From positions 1-64,000 of the forward strand of contig CAVUKA010000001.1 in the NCBI GenBank assembly GCA_963741945.1: a DNA stretch of 64,000 nt, read 5' to 3'. The DNA comes from an uncultured Gemmatimonadales bacterium. Lineage in GTDB: Bacteria; Gemmatimonadota; Gemmatimonadetes; Longimicrobiales; RSA9. This document shows, one piece after another, positions 18,515 through 27,117 of the stretch. A program made the translations under genes and the position numbers. Below the pieces are notes generated by a model, which worked only from the letters and a program-made list of their open reading frames with translations, ran no database searches and was not told the origin of the DNA. The first letter of the stretch is position 1. Each line of letters opens with the position of its first letter.

Positions 18515-20143
18515 CTACAGGTCGCAGTGCCCGGGGCCAATGCGGCCCTCGTTGTAGTCGGCGAGGGTGCTGGCCCAGCCGTTGAGCTCCGCGCGATCGG
18601 ACTTGACCGGCGCAGCATAGCCGTTCGCGCCAAGGTAATCCTCCGCGCCGGCCATGGCCTCATCCACATCGGTCGTGGTGCTCGACCCGTTCAGGCCATT
18701 GAGGACGGCCGCCATGTACTGATGGGCCAGGTTGATCGCCGCGTTCCCCTGTACGGGCATCCAGAACAGATCGTACCAGGTGGTGCCCGTCCCGAAGAAG
18801 TCCTCGTCCGGGTCGGCGCCGATGCCGTCCCACGACTCGGGCGTGGCGGGTCCGTAGGACGAGTGCGTCTTCCAGAACCCCTGCGTGAGCGTGCACGCGT
18901 CGCCGCCGTCCGTGGAGCAGCTGCCCGTGATCTCGATGCTGTCGCTGCCTGTGGCGATGGGCGCGGTGTCGGCCGGGTCGCCGAATACGGCGGCCACGTT
19001 CACGAACTGGACCGCGTAGCTGCCCGTGCACTCCTCGAGCGCGGCCTGGACCATCGCCAGGTTCAACACGCTGACGTCGAGGCTGCTGAAGCCGGTGCTT
19101 CCGGAGTCCAGCGTGATCGGCACGTCCTTCACGACGCCGACGTCGCCGGCGCACGCCACTTTCGTCGGGCCGATGCCGAGTGCGTAGTCCGAGACGTACG
19201 CGCAGGCATCGTTCTCGGTGGTCGGCTCATCGAAATCGAACGGGGCCGTGGCGGAGCCGCCGAGGATGGCGTTGGAGCCGTCGGTGGTGACCGTGGCGGT
19301 GTTCTCGGTCGGGTCGTCGCCCACCGGGGTGGCATCGAAGGCGCCGGAGTAAGCGCACACCATGGTCGCGCCCGCGGCCAGGTCGTATGGGAAGGACTCG
19401 ACCGGCGTTTCGCCGACCGTGCAGTCCAGACTCAGGGTGCCGTCCAGCCCGGGGAAGGCGTCCTCCACGCCCGTGATGTGGGCCGCGGCCGGGTGCGGGT
19501 TGGCGACCGTGATCGCGCCGGAGAGGGCGAAGTCGCTGTCGACGTAGCCCTCGTACGTGAGCTCGATGGCGTAGTTCAGGGTGGTGACCTCGTCAGTCGA
19601 GATCGTGTCGACGCCCGCGTCCTTGGCGATGGACCAGTCGTGGTCACGCTGGAAGAACGGGACCGCCGTCTTCGATACGTCCAGCACGTACGCGTAGCAG
19701 AACGTGACGTGGCTGATAGCCGCGGGCCCGGCGCTGGCGTTCGTGGGCGTGACCAGGTCGGTGTCCGACGTGGCGCCGTCAGGCGTGTAGTCGTACACGT
19801 TGGCCGCGTCCCCGCCCTTGGCGATCACGTAGAAGACGGTCACGTGCGAGTTGCCGGTGGCGGCCCAGTCGAAGTGACCGGTGGCGCCTGGGGTGACGGT
19901 GAACAGCCCGCCGCCCTGGGTCAGGTCGGACCCGTCGATCTTGAACTCGAAGACGGGGAGGCCGCCCGCGATGTCGCCGCACGTGGGATTCCCGCTCACG
20001 AGCGTCGGGTCGACCGAAGCATTGGAGGCGGTTGCGGTGGTGAGCAGCCCTTCCGTGACAACGCCGGTTGCCTGGTCATCGCTGCAGGCCGCAGCCAGCA
20101 TCCCGATGGCCACCGCCGCGGCGGTTACGACGATGCGCTTCAT
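18515..20143 (-). CDS. Secreted acidic lipoprotein of unknown function (542 aa)
   Basis: GAAGGAG RBS; lipobox LAAAC; Ig-like middle (VSKTA...ENTATV); C-terminal 'CTLTQGFWKTH...LAHQYMAAVLN...IGPGHC' domain. Confidence 0.75.
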   Translation of the reverse strand: MKRIVVTAAAVAIGMLAAACSDDQATGVVTEGLLTTATASNASVDPTLVSGNPTCGDIAGGLPVFEFKIDGSDLTQGGGLFTVTPGATGHFDWAATGNSHVTVFYVIAKGGDAANVYDYTPDGATSDTDLVTPTNASAGPAAISHVTFCYAYVLDVSKTAVPFFQRDHDWSIAKDAGVDTISTDEVTTLNYAIELTYEGYVDSDFALSGAITVANPHPAAAHITGVEDAFPGLDGTLSLDCTVGETPVESFPYDLAAGATMVCAYSGAFDATPVGDDPTENTATVTTDGSNAILGGSATAPFDFDEPTTENDACAYVSDYALGIGPTKVACAGDVGVVKDVPITLDSGSTGFSSLDVSVLNLAMVQAALEECTGSYAVQFVNVAAVFGDPADTAPIATGSDSIEITGSCSTDGGDACTLTQGFWKTHSSYGPATPESWDGIGADPDEDFFGTGTTWYDLFWMPVQGNAAINLAHQYMAAVLNGLNGSSTTTDVDEAMAGAEDYLGANGYAAPVKSDRAELNGWASTLADYNEGRIGPGHCDL

Positions 20144-20194
20144 GGGAGACTCCTTCGACTGTGAAAAGGTCGCCGTCCTGTTGGACGGTTTCGC

Positions 20195-20290
20195 CTTCTT
20201 CGGCAGCCGGGCAGTCTCGCGATGGACAGCTCTCGGAGATCCCTGGCATTGCGGACCGGCCTCGCGACCGGGGTGCCCTTTTCGGAAAGA
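20195..20290 (-). promoter_or_regulatory. Cyclic di-GMP-I (GEMM-I) riboswitch, G20 type
   Basis: CCG-AAAAGG-GCACCC-CGGTC-GCGA-GGCCG-GTCCGC-AATGCC...TCTC..GAGA...GGCTGCCG; followed by a CCGTCC/GGACGG hairpin and TTTT before the RBS. Confidence 0.8.
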
Positions 20291-20342
20291 GCTGACGAAA
20301 AGACGATCGAGGAAGGAAAAGGTAACACCGCCCGGGGAGCGG

Positions 20343-21566
20343 TTATGCCCGGGCGGTCTCCAGCGCCTGGTAACGGGCGAGCATGTCGTCGCCGATGAGG
20401 TCCCAGCTGTAGTTCTCCTCGACGGTCCTGCGGCCGGCGTCGCCCAGGCGGGCGCGGAGGTCGCGGTCCTCGAGGACCTCGACCACGGCGCGGGCGAAAG
20501 CGTCGGGGTCGTCGCGGATGAGGATGTTCTCGCCATCCACTGCATCGAGACCCTGGCAGCCGGCGGAGGTGCTGACGACGGCCTTCCCCATGGCCCAGGC
20601 GAGGAGGACCTTGAAGCGGGCGCCTCCGGCGATGCGGGTGGGCACGACGTAGCAGGCGGCGGGTCGGACCACGGGGCGGATGTCCTCGACGTAGCCGGTG
20701 AGGTCGATGCCGAGCTCCCGGTAGCGGCGTCGATCGGCCTCGGTGGCGCTCCCGACCCACGTGATGGGCTCGAGCGCCTGGATGCCGCTGATGCTGCGCA
20801 GCCGTGGCAGGATGCGGGTGGCGAAATGGTCGAGGGCATCGCGGTCGCGGGCGCGGGTGGCGCCGCCCACGTAGGCGAGTCCTTTCCCCGTGCTTCGTCC
20901 GGGCGTGAAGTGACGGACGTCCACGCCATCGGGCCACGCTTCGAGCGGGGCCTCGGGGGCGAGCTCGGCGAGGGCGGCGCGGTCGTGCTCGGAGCTGGCC
21001 ACGTTGAGGGCGACGCGGGGGAGCCAGTATCGCTCGGTTTCCTCCATCCACCGGGCCTGGCGCTCCAGGAACCGGCGCTCGGCGCCGTGGGCGAGACCGG
21101 CGCTGCGGAGCAGGACCTCACTCTCGACGCGGTGGTGGGTCAGCACCACGGTGTCGGACTCGAGGAGCGGCAGATAGCGGTGGAGGGTGATGCGGTCCAC
21201 GTGGACGATGCGCGGATCGCGCTCGAGCCGGAGCTCCAGGATGCGGCGCCGGAAGTCGGCGCTGTCGTATCGCCAGCGCGTGATCGGGCGACGCAGGAGC
21301 CGGCTGAGCGTGCGGTCGTGGAAGCGGCGCCACCCGCTGCGCTCGCCGGGCGCCGGAAAGACCTCGACGGTGGCGAGCTCCTGCAGGTGCCGGACGCGGT
21401 CGCGGAGCGGCATCTGGGTGGGGTCATCGCGGTGGTGGAAGAAGAGGGCGTCGACCTCGTAGCGGGAGGCGAGGAGACGGAGGACATGGTAGCTCCGGAG
21501 CGCGGTCCCCCTGTCGGCCGGATACGGCAGCGAGTCGCCGAGGAAGAGCAGCCGTCGGCCTACCAC
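20343..21566 (-). CDS. Glycosyltransferase family 4 (GT-B)
   Basis: 'LPYPADRG', 'PDGVD...F', 'TGYVEDIRP', 'AWAMGKAVVST', 'YSWD'. Confidence 0.85.
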   Translation of the reverse strand: MVGRRLLFLGDSLPYPADRGTALRSYHVLRLLASRYEVDALFFHHRDDPTQMPLRDRVRHLQELATVEVFPAPGERSGWRRFHDRTLSRLLRRPITRWRYDSADFRRRILELRLERDPRIVHVDRITLHRYLPLLESDTVVLTHHRVESEVLLRSAGLAHGAERRFLERQARWMEETERYWLPRVALNVASSEHDRAALAELAPEAPLEAWPDGVDVRHFTPGRSTGKGLAYVGGATRARDRDALDHFATRILPRLRSISGIQALEPITWVGSATEADRRRYRELGIDLTGYVEDIRPVVRPAACYVVPTRIAGGARFKVLLAWAMGKAVVSTSAGCQGLDAVDGENILIRDDPDAFARAVVEVLEDRDLRARLGDAGRRTVEENYSWDLIGDDMLARYQALETARA

Positions 21567-21586
21567 GCGGAGCCCCGTCTCATCGG

Positions 21587-22006
21587 CTAGTGCACCACGC
21601 CCGAAGGGCGGGGCGGAGGGGAGACGTGGAGGGGGACGCGGGCGGCCACGTGGCCGTCCACGAGGAGCCGGAAGCTGTACTCGCCGTAGTGGGGGAAGAG
21701 CACGTGGTCGAAATTCATGATGACCTGGCCGCGGCTCCCCCGCCCCGGCCCCAGGGGGCGGAAGCGAAGCGCGAGCTCGGGGGAGAGCGGGAGGACGGGG
21801 TTGCCGTCGTCGTCGAAGCAGCCCACCTGGAGCCGGTGCTCGGAGCCTTCCGCGTCATCCGCTTCGAAGCGGGCCACCAGGTTGAGGCGGGGGAAGGGTT
21901 TCTGCAGGTCGGAGAGCATGAGGCCATCGAACTCCCCGATCAGCACGAGCTTCCCGTCACGGGTCTCGGTGATGTGGTCGGCCAGGAGCGCGAAACGGAG
22001 CTCCAT
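21587..22006 (-). CDS. Hypothetical beta-sandwich protein (DUF6941-like)
   Basis: 'FALLAD...DGKLVLIGEFD' and 'FPHYGEYSFRLLVDG'; GGAGG upstream. Confidence 0.6.
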   Translation of the reverse strand: MELRFALLADHITETRDGKLVLIGEFDGLMLSDLQKPFPRLNLVARFEADDAEGSEHRLQVGCFDDDGNPVLPLSPELALRFRPLGPGRGSRGQVIMNFDHVLFPHYGEYSFRLLVDGHVAARVPLHVSPPPRPSGVVH

Positions 22007-22226
22007 CAGGCACCCCCTCCGGTCGTCATGACGAGCCCGGACCGGGTCTTCCAGTCCCGGGCGGCGTGCTGGAACGACAGGGTCTGTGCCGCTGCCATGT
22101 CGGCGCCGCCGGGCAGGAGCGCGGCGTCCAGAAGCAATCCGTGCAAAGCAGATCCAGTCTTTCTTGGTAGCGGCCCACCGACCCACGGCGCGGCATCGCG
22201 CGGTCCCGCCGTCTCGGCTCGGCGCG

Positions 22227-22346
22227 TCAGGCGCGCAGGGAGCGTCGCTCGGCCGCTTCGCCGATGGCGTCCAGTCCGAGGACCAGGACGCGTGCAACGA
22301 CGACGCCGGCGATGGCGAACGCGAAGATCTTGAGATATCGGCCCAT
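22227..22346 (-). CDS. Possible 39-aa single-TM peptide
   Basis: MGRYLKIFAFAIAGVVVARVLVLGLD..., co-directional, 29 bp after the rdgB stop. Confidence 0.3.
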   Translation of the reverse strand: MGRYLKIFAFAIAGVVVARVLVLGLDAIGEAAERRSLRA

Positions 22347-22375
22347 GGGTCCGCGCAGTTCGGGTGTATGCGTGT

Positions 22376-23014
22376 TCAAGGTAACAGCGACCATGGCGCC
22401 GCTTCCAGTGCGGACGCCAGCGCGCGGAAAGCGCGGGCGCGGTGACTCATGGCATCCTTGATGGCGGGCTCCACTTCGGCGAATCGTGCGTCGAGCGACG
22501 GAACGAAGAAAAGGGGGTCGTAGCCGAAGCCGGCGCGTCCGGCCGGCCGGCGGGCGATCCGTCCCGAGACGGTGCCCACGGCGCACACGGCCCGCCCGTC
22601 CGGCCACCCGAGCACGGCGGCGCAGACGTACCGTGCGCCGCGCTCGGCGTCGGGGACGTCCGCCAGCCGCCGCAGGAGAAGCGCATTGTTGGCGGCATCG
22701 AGGTCGGCGCCGGAAAGGTCATCGCGGCCCGAGAACCGCTTGGTGCGGACGCCCGGCTCCCCGCCGAGTGCGTCCACGCGGAGGCCGGAGTCGTCGGAGA
22801 GGACGGGCCGTCGGAGCCGGCGGGCAAAGTAGAGGGCCTTGGCCACGGCGTTGCCGCGGAACGTGTCGTAGACCTCGATCCCCTCCTCCTCCTCGAGGTG
22901 CTCGACGCCGAGGTCGGCGAGCGTCTCCACGTGCAGATCCAGCGGTGCGAGGATGCGCTCGATCTCGGCGGCCTTGTGGGCGCTCCGAGTGGCCAGGACC
23001 AGGGTAGTGCTCAC
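22376..23014 (-). CDS. rdgB: Non-canonical purine NTP pyrophosphatase (RdgB/HAM1)
   Basis: 'LATRSAHK', '[16 protein letters not shown]', 'GFGYDPLF', 'SHRARA'; directly follows rph. Confidence 0.92.
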   Translation of the reverse strand: MSTTLVLATRSAHKAAEIERILAPLDLHVETLADLGVEHLEEEEGIEVYDTFRGNAVAKALYFARRLRRPVLSDDSGLRVDALGGEPGVRTKRFSGRDDLSGADLDAANNALLLRRLADVPDAERGARYVCAAVLGWPDGRAVCAVGTVSGRIARRPAGRAGFGYDPLFFVPSLDARFAEVEPAIKDAMSHRARAFRALASALEAAPWSLLP

Positions 23015-23730
23015 GGGGACTCGAGCGCGGCCGCCTGCCGCCGGTGTACCTCCCGGATCCCGGCCGTGGCGAGGGAGAGGAGCTGGTCGAGCTCGGCGCG
23101 CGTGAACGTCGTCTGCTCGCCCGTCCCCTGGACCTCCACGAGGCCGCCGCTCTCCAGCATGACCACGTTCATGTCCACGTCCGCGGCCACGTCCTCGACG
23201 TATTCCAGGTCGAGCCGGGGCTCGCCGCCCACCACGCCCACGCTCACGGCCGCCACGGACTCCCGCATCGGCGATGCGGCAACGTGCCCCTGCTCCACCA
23301 GCCAGCGGCAGGCGTCCGCCAGCGCCACGGCGCCGCCCGTGATGGCGGCCGTGCGCGTGCCGCCGTCGGCCACGAGGACATCGCAGTCGATGATGACCTG
23401 GCGCTCGCCGAGGGCGGCGAGGTCCACGGCGGCGCGGAGGGAGCGGCCGATGAGGCGCTGGATCTCCTGCGTCCGGCCGCCGAGGCGGGTGCGCTCCCGG
23501 CCGGTGCGCGTCTGGGTCGAGCGGGGCAGCATTGCGTACTCCGCGGTCACCCAGCCCAGCCCGCTCCCCCGCCGCCAGGTCGGGACATCCGGCTGGACGG
23601 AAGCGGTGCACAGCACTTCCGTCCGACCGAAGCGGACGCGGCACGAGCCTTCGGCGTAGGGAGCCACTCGCCGCTCCAGCGTGACGCGGCGAAGCTCATG
23701 GTTGCTGCGGTCGGTGCGGGGTTCAGCCAC
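23011..23730 (-). CDS. rph: Ribonuclease PH
   Basis: '[14 protein letters not shown]', '[15 protein letters not shown]', '[12 protein letters not shown]', 'EVQGTGE'. Confidence 0.96.
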   Translation of the reverse strand: MAEPRTDRSNHELRRVTLERRVAPYAEGSCRVRFGRTEVLCTASVQPDVPTWRRGSGLGWVTAEYAMLPRSTQTRTGRERTRLGGRTQEIQRLIGRSLRAAVDLAALGERQVIIDCDVLVADGGTRTAAITGGAVALADACRWLVEQGHVAASPMRESVAAVSVGVVGGEPRLDLEYVEDVAADVDMNVVMLESGGLVEVQGTGEQTTFTRAELDQLLSLATAGIREVHRRQAAALESP

Positions 23731-24214
23731 GATCCTCCAGGCGTTCAATGAGTTGTGTGGTGGAGCGTCCCTCCACGAACGGCAGGATCACCACCTCGCC
23801 GCCCGCTTCCCGGACTTCCGCGGCGCCCACCACGTCGTCCGCGCGGTAGTCACCGCCCTTCACCAGGATGTCCGGCAGGAGCGCCGCGATCAGCTGCCGG
23901 GGCGTGTCCTCGTCGAAGGCGACGACCGCGTCGACGCAGCCGAGGCCCGCGAGGACGTAGAGCCGGTCCTCCAGCGGCACCACGGGGCGCCCCACTCCCT
24001 TTAGCCGGCGCACGGAAGCATCCGTGTTCACGCCCACCACCAGCGCGTCACCGAGTGCGCGGGCGGCGAAGAGGTAGGCCACGTGACCGCGGTGGAGCAG
24101 GTCGAAGCAGCCGTTGGTGAAGACCAGGCGACCATCGCGGGGTCGGCCGTGGCGCCGGATCAGGAGCTCACGCTCCAGCACCTTCTCCTCGGGGGCGCGG
24201 ATGGGGGCAGCCAT
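23723..24214 (-). CDS. rfaE2: D-glycero-beta-D-manno-heptose-1-phosphate adenylyltransferase
   Basis: '[14 protein letters not shown]', '[10 protein letters not shown]', 'GRSTT'. Confidence 0.92.
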   Translation of the reverse strand: MAAPIRAPEEKVLERELLIRRHGRPRDGRLVFTNGCFDLLHRGHVAYLFAARALGDALVVGVNTDASVRRLKGVGRPVVPLEDRLYVLAGLGCVDAVVAFDEDTPRQLIAALLPDILVKGGDYRADDVVGAAEVREAGGEVVILPFVEGRSTTQLIERLEDRG

Positions 24215-24216
24215 GC

Positions 24217-25515
24217 TCACGACCAGCGAGCGCGGGCCGTTTCCACGTCGGCCGCGCCAGGGTGTACGGGGAGCCCGGTAGGCGAGTCGGCGCCGGAGTC
24301 GTCGTGGAAGATGAGCTTGAGCAGCGGCGGCGCGATGAACGTGCTGAAGATCACCATGATCAGCACGGCGCTGAACACTTCCGAGGAGAGGATGTGGTGG
24401 TTGAGCCCGAGCTGGGCGAAGATCAGCCCCACCTCGCCACGGGGGATCATGCCGACGCCCACGGCCAGGTGGTTGAGCTTGTGCTTGCCCCAGCCCACGC
24501 TGTAGCCGGCCACCACCTTGCCGACCACGGCAATGACGAGGAGCACGCCGCCGACCTGGAGGACGCCCCAGTTGAAGTCCGCCGACCATGGCAGGAAGAG
24601 GCGCACGTTCACGGCCGCGCCCACGGAGACGAAGAAAATGGGCGTGAAGATGTCGGCCACGGGCTTGATGCGGTCCTCGATGACATCGAACTGGTTGGTC
24701 GAGCTGAGGACGATGCCCGCTGCGAAGCTGCCGATGATCATGGCCGACCCGGCGAGGCCGGCCAGCGCGCCGAACAGGAGCGCGAACGAGAAGGCGCTGA
24801 CCAGGAGGACGCCGCGGACGCGGAGCGTGTCAATGAGCCCGAAGAGGCGGGGGGCCACCCAGTTGCCGACGATCACGGCGGCCACGAGGAATCCCACGGC
24901 GATGATGAACGTCCGCACGACGCCGAGCGGGCTGAGTGCGGCGCCGGACGCGAGCCCGCTGACAATGGCGAGGATGACGAGGCCGAGCACATCGTCGACC
25001 ACGGCGGCGCCGATGATGATCCGGGCCTCGCGCGTGTGGATCCGGCCAAGGTCCGTGAGGACGCGGGCGGTGATGCCGACGGAGGTGGCCGTGAGCGTGG
25101 CGCCGGCGAAGATGGCAACGATGGTGTCGGTGATGTCGCCAGGGTGGGTCCCGATGGACGGGCGGACGATGAACCAGTAGAGGAAGCCGAGGCCGAACGG
25201 GACGATGACGCCCACCAGGGCCACCAGGGTGGCGGAGGTCCCCACGCGGAACATCTCGCGAAGGTCGGTTTCCAGGCCGATCTCGAAGAGCAGGATGGCG
25301 ACGCCGACTTCGGCGAGCAGGGTCACGATCTCGGCCATGGGGCCGGAGGTGGGAATGATTCCGAGGACGCTGGAGCCGAGCAGCACGCCGGCGACGAGCT
25401 CCCCCAGCACTGCAGGCTGGCCGATCCGCTCCGCGATCTCCCCGATGCCCTTCCCGAAGATCAGGATCGCGATCAGAACGAGGAAGAACTGCTCGGGGCG
25501 GATCGCTTCTACCAC
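24217..25515 (-). CDS. Cation:proton antiporter (CPA2)
   Basis: '[11 protein letters not shown]', 'AAVVDDVLG', 'GMIPRGEVG'. Confidence 0.9.
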   Translation of the reverse strand: MVEAIRPEQFFLVLIAILIFGKGIGEIAERIGQPAVLGELVAGVLLGSSVLGIIPTSGPMAEIVTLLAEVGVAILLFEIGLETDLREMFRVGTSATLVALVGVIVPFGLGFLYWFIVRPSIGTHPGDITDTIVAIFAGATLTATSVGITARVLTDLGRIHTREARIIIGAAVVDDVLGLVILAIVSGLASGAALSPLGVVRTFIIAVGFLVAAVIVGNWVAPRLFGLIDTLRVRGVLLVSAFSFALLFGALAGLAGSAMIIGSFAAGIVLSSTNQFDVIEDRIKPVADIFTPIFFVSVGAAVNVRLFLPWSADFNWGVLQVGGVLLVIAVVGKVVAGYSVGWGKHKLNHLAVGVGMIPRGEVGLIFAQLGLNHHILSSEVFSAVLIMVIFSTFIAPPLLKLIFHDDSGADSPTGLPVHPGAADVETARARWS

Positions 25516-26069
25516 TGGGACTGGGCTCCGTCGACCATCTGTTTGATCAGGTCCTCGATGGCAGTCTTCTGCGCGACCTCATCCGAGTCTTCGTCGGGGC
25601 GGTACACTCCCTTCCCCACCAGGCTCTGCGCGTCCCAGAGGACCACGTTCCGGCGCACGTCGATGAGCTCGATCTTCACCCCGATCTGCACCTCGTGCGA
25701 GACCACCTCCGCGGCCGGCTGCCCCGCCGTACCCGGGCGGTAGTTCTGGGCCACGTCGTCGTAGCGGGTGATGCTCCCCCGGACGATGGCATCCGCCGTC
25801 TCCTCGCCGCCCACGCGAACCCCCAGCTGACCGGGGAGGCGGTCCAGCATCTGGGAGTAGAGCTTCTGCTCCAGCCCGAACTGGGGCGTGGTGTTGTCGA
25901 ACGGCGCGATGTAGAGGGTGCGTATGGAGGACGGGAAACCGCCGCCCTCGAAGCCGTAATTGCAGCTCGAGAGGAAAAGGGCGCCCACGGCCAGCAGGAG
26001 GAGCCGGTTAACGATCCGGCTCCCAGATCCCGGGCGGGAACGACTCCACCGTATCCGTTTGCTCCACAT
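25509..26069 (-). CDS. LptE-family LPS assembly lipoprotein (start uncertain)
   Basis: Lipobox LSSC-N-YGF; 'IRTLYIAPFDNTT'; 'ADAIVRGSITRY'; terminal W. Confidence 0.75.
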   Translation of the reverse strand: MWSKRIRWSRSRPGSGSRIVNRLLLLAVGALFLSSCNYGFEGGGFPSSIRTLYIAPFDNTTPQFGLEQKLYSQMLDRLPGQLGVRVGGEETADAIVRGSITRYDDVAQNYRPGTAGQPAAEVVSHEVQIGVKIELIDVRRNVVLWDAQSLVGKGVYRPDEDSDEVAQKTAIEDLIKQMVDGAQSQW

Positions 26070-26691
26070 TCAACAGAAGCTCCATGTTCGCCGCACGGTC
26101 CCGGTACAGCGCGCTTCCGGGAACGGTTCCGCGGTAATCCTTCAGCTCCACCCGTGCGGTGCCGCCGCGGCGCTCCCACGAGGCGCGCGCGAGCCGGCCG
26201 CGGACGAGGGAATAGACCAGCCGACCGTCGGGCAGCTCGTAGAACAGCGCCGTACCCTCGTCGTCATGACTCGTGCCCAGGAGTACCGCCCCGTCCGGCG
26301 GCGCGACCACGCCGAGCACCGCCCACATGAGCGCGGGCGGCGGGAGCCGGACCTGCCCCTCGCCGCCACCGGGTAGCCGTAGCTCGTGCTCCACCAGCGC
26401 CGCGGTGAGGTAGCCATCGCCACCGGGCCCGAAGAGGTCGAGCCTCGCCCGGTACTCCGGCGCGATCCTGGCCACGCCGCGGCCGTGGAACCGCGCACTG
26501 CCGTCCTGCGCCTGCCAGGCGAAAACGACGCGGAGCGGCGTCTGCGGCGCGGTAGCGCGAACGGCCTCGGCTGCGAGCGAAGGCTCCAGCGTGGTGGGCA
26601 CGGCGCGCCCCGCGCAGGCGGTGGCTGCCGCGGCCACGACAAGGGCCGCAGCGCTTCGAAGGTGCACGGGATCAGGCCAGACGAAAAACAT
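26008..26691 (-). CDS. Hypothetical lipoprotein (LolB-like fold possible)
   Basis: Lipobox ATAC; 'RARLDLFGP'; 'FPPGIW' C-terminus. Confidence 0.55.
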   Translation of the reverse strand: MFFVWPDPVHLRSAAALVVAAAATACAGRAVPTTLEPSLAAEAVRATAPQTPLRVVFAWQAQDGSARFHGRGVARIAPEYRARLDLFGPGGDGYLTAALVEHELRLPGGGEGQVRLPPPALMWAVLGVVAPPDGAVLLGTSHDDEGTALFYELPDGRLVYSLVRGRLARASWERRGGTARVELKDYRGTVPGSALYRDRAANMELLLNVEQTDTVESFPPGIWEPDR

Positions 26692-26712
26692 ACCGGCGCG
26701 TCGAGAAGAGCG

Positions 26713-27117
26713 TCAACTGTGGAGGAGCGCCCGGACATCCTCGGGCAGTCGCCGGGGCGAGCCGCCGGGGTCGAGGCAGATCAGGGTGGTGCGCGCGGTG
26801 GCGAGGCGGCCCGGCGAAGGCTCGAGCCGCTCGACCTCGTAGGTGAAGGTGACCGTCCGTGATTTCAGGCTCTCCAGCGTGGTTCGGACGCGGATCAGGT
26901 CGTCGTAGCGACCGGCGCCGGTGTAGCGGACGGACGCTTCGGACACGGCCAGGAACTGGCCGCGTCGCTCCATCTCGGCATAGGTCAGGCCAAGCCCGCG
27001 CATGAGCTCCGTTCGGCCGACCTCGCACCAGGCCAGGTAGTTGGCGTGGTAGGCCACGCCCATCTGGTCGGTTTCCGCGTAGCGGATCCGGAACGGCTCG
27101 GTGACGTGCGCGGTCAT
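26713..27117 (-). CDS. Acyl-CoA thioesterase (YbgC/FadM family)
   Basis: 'RIRYAETDQMGVAYHANYLAWCEVGR'. Confidence 0.9.
   Translation of the reverse strand: MTAHVTEPFRIRYAETDQMGVAYHANYLAWCEVGRTELMRGLGLTYAEMERRGQFLAVSEASVRYTGAGRYDDLIRVRTTLESLKSRTVTFTYEVERLEPSPGRLATARTTLICLDPGGSPRRLPEDVRALLHS

Noticed and set aside
10806-20300. Genomic island integrated at tRNA-Pro
   Set aside because: The lipoprotein locus lies at the 5' side of the tRNA; no integrase and no duplicated tRNA end was seen.
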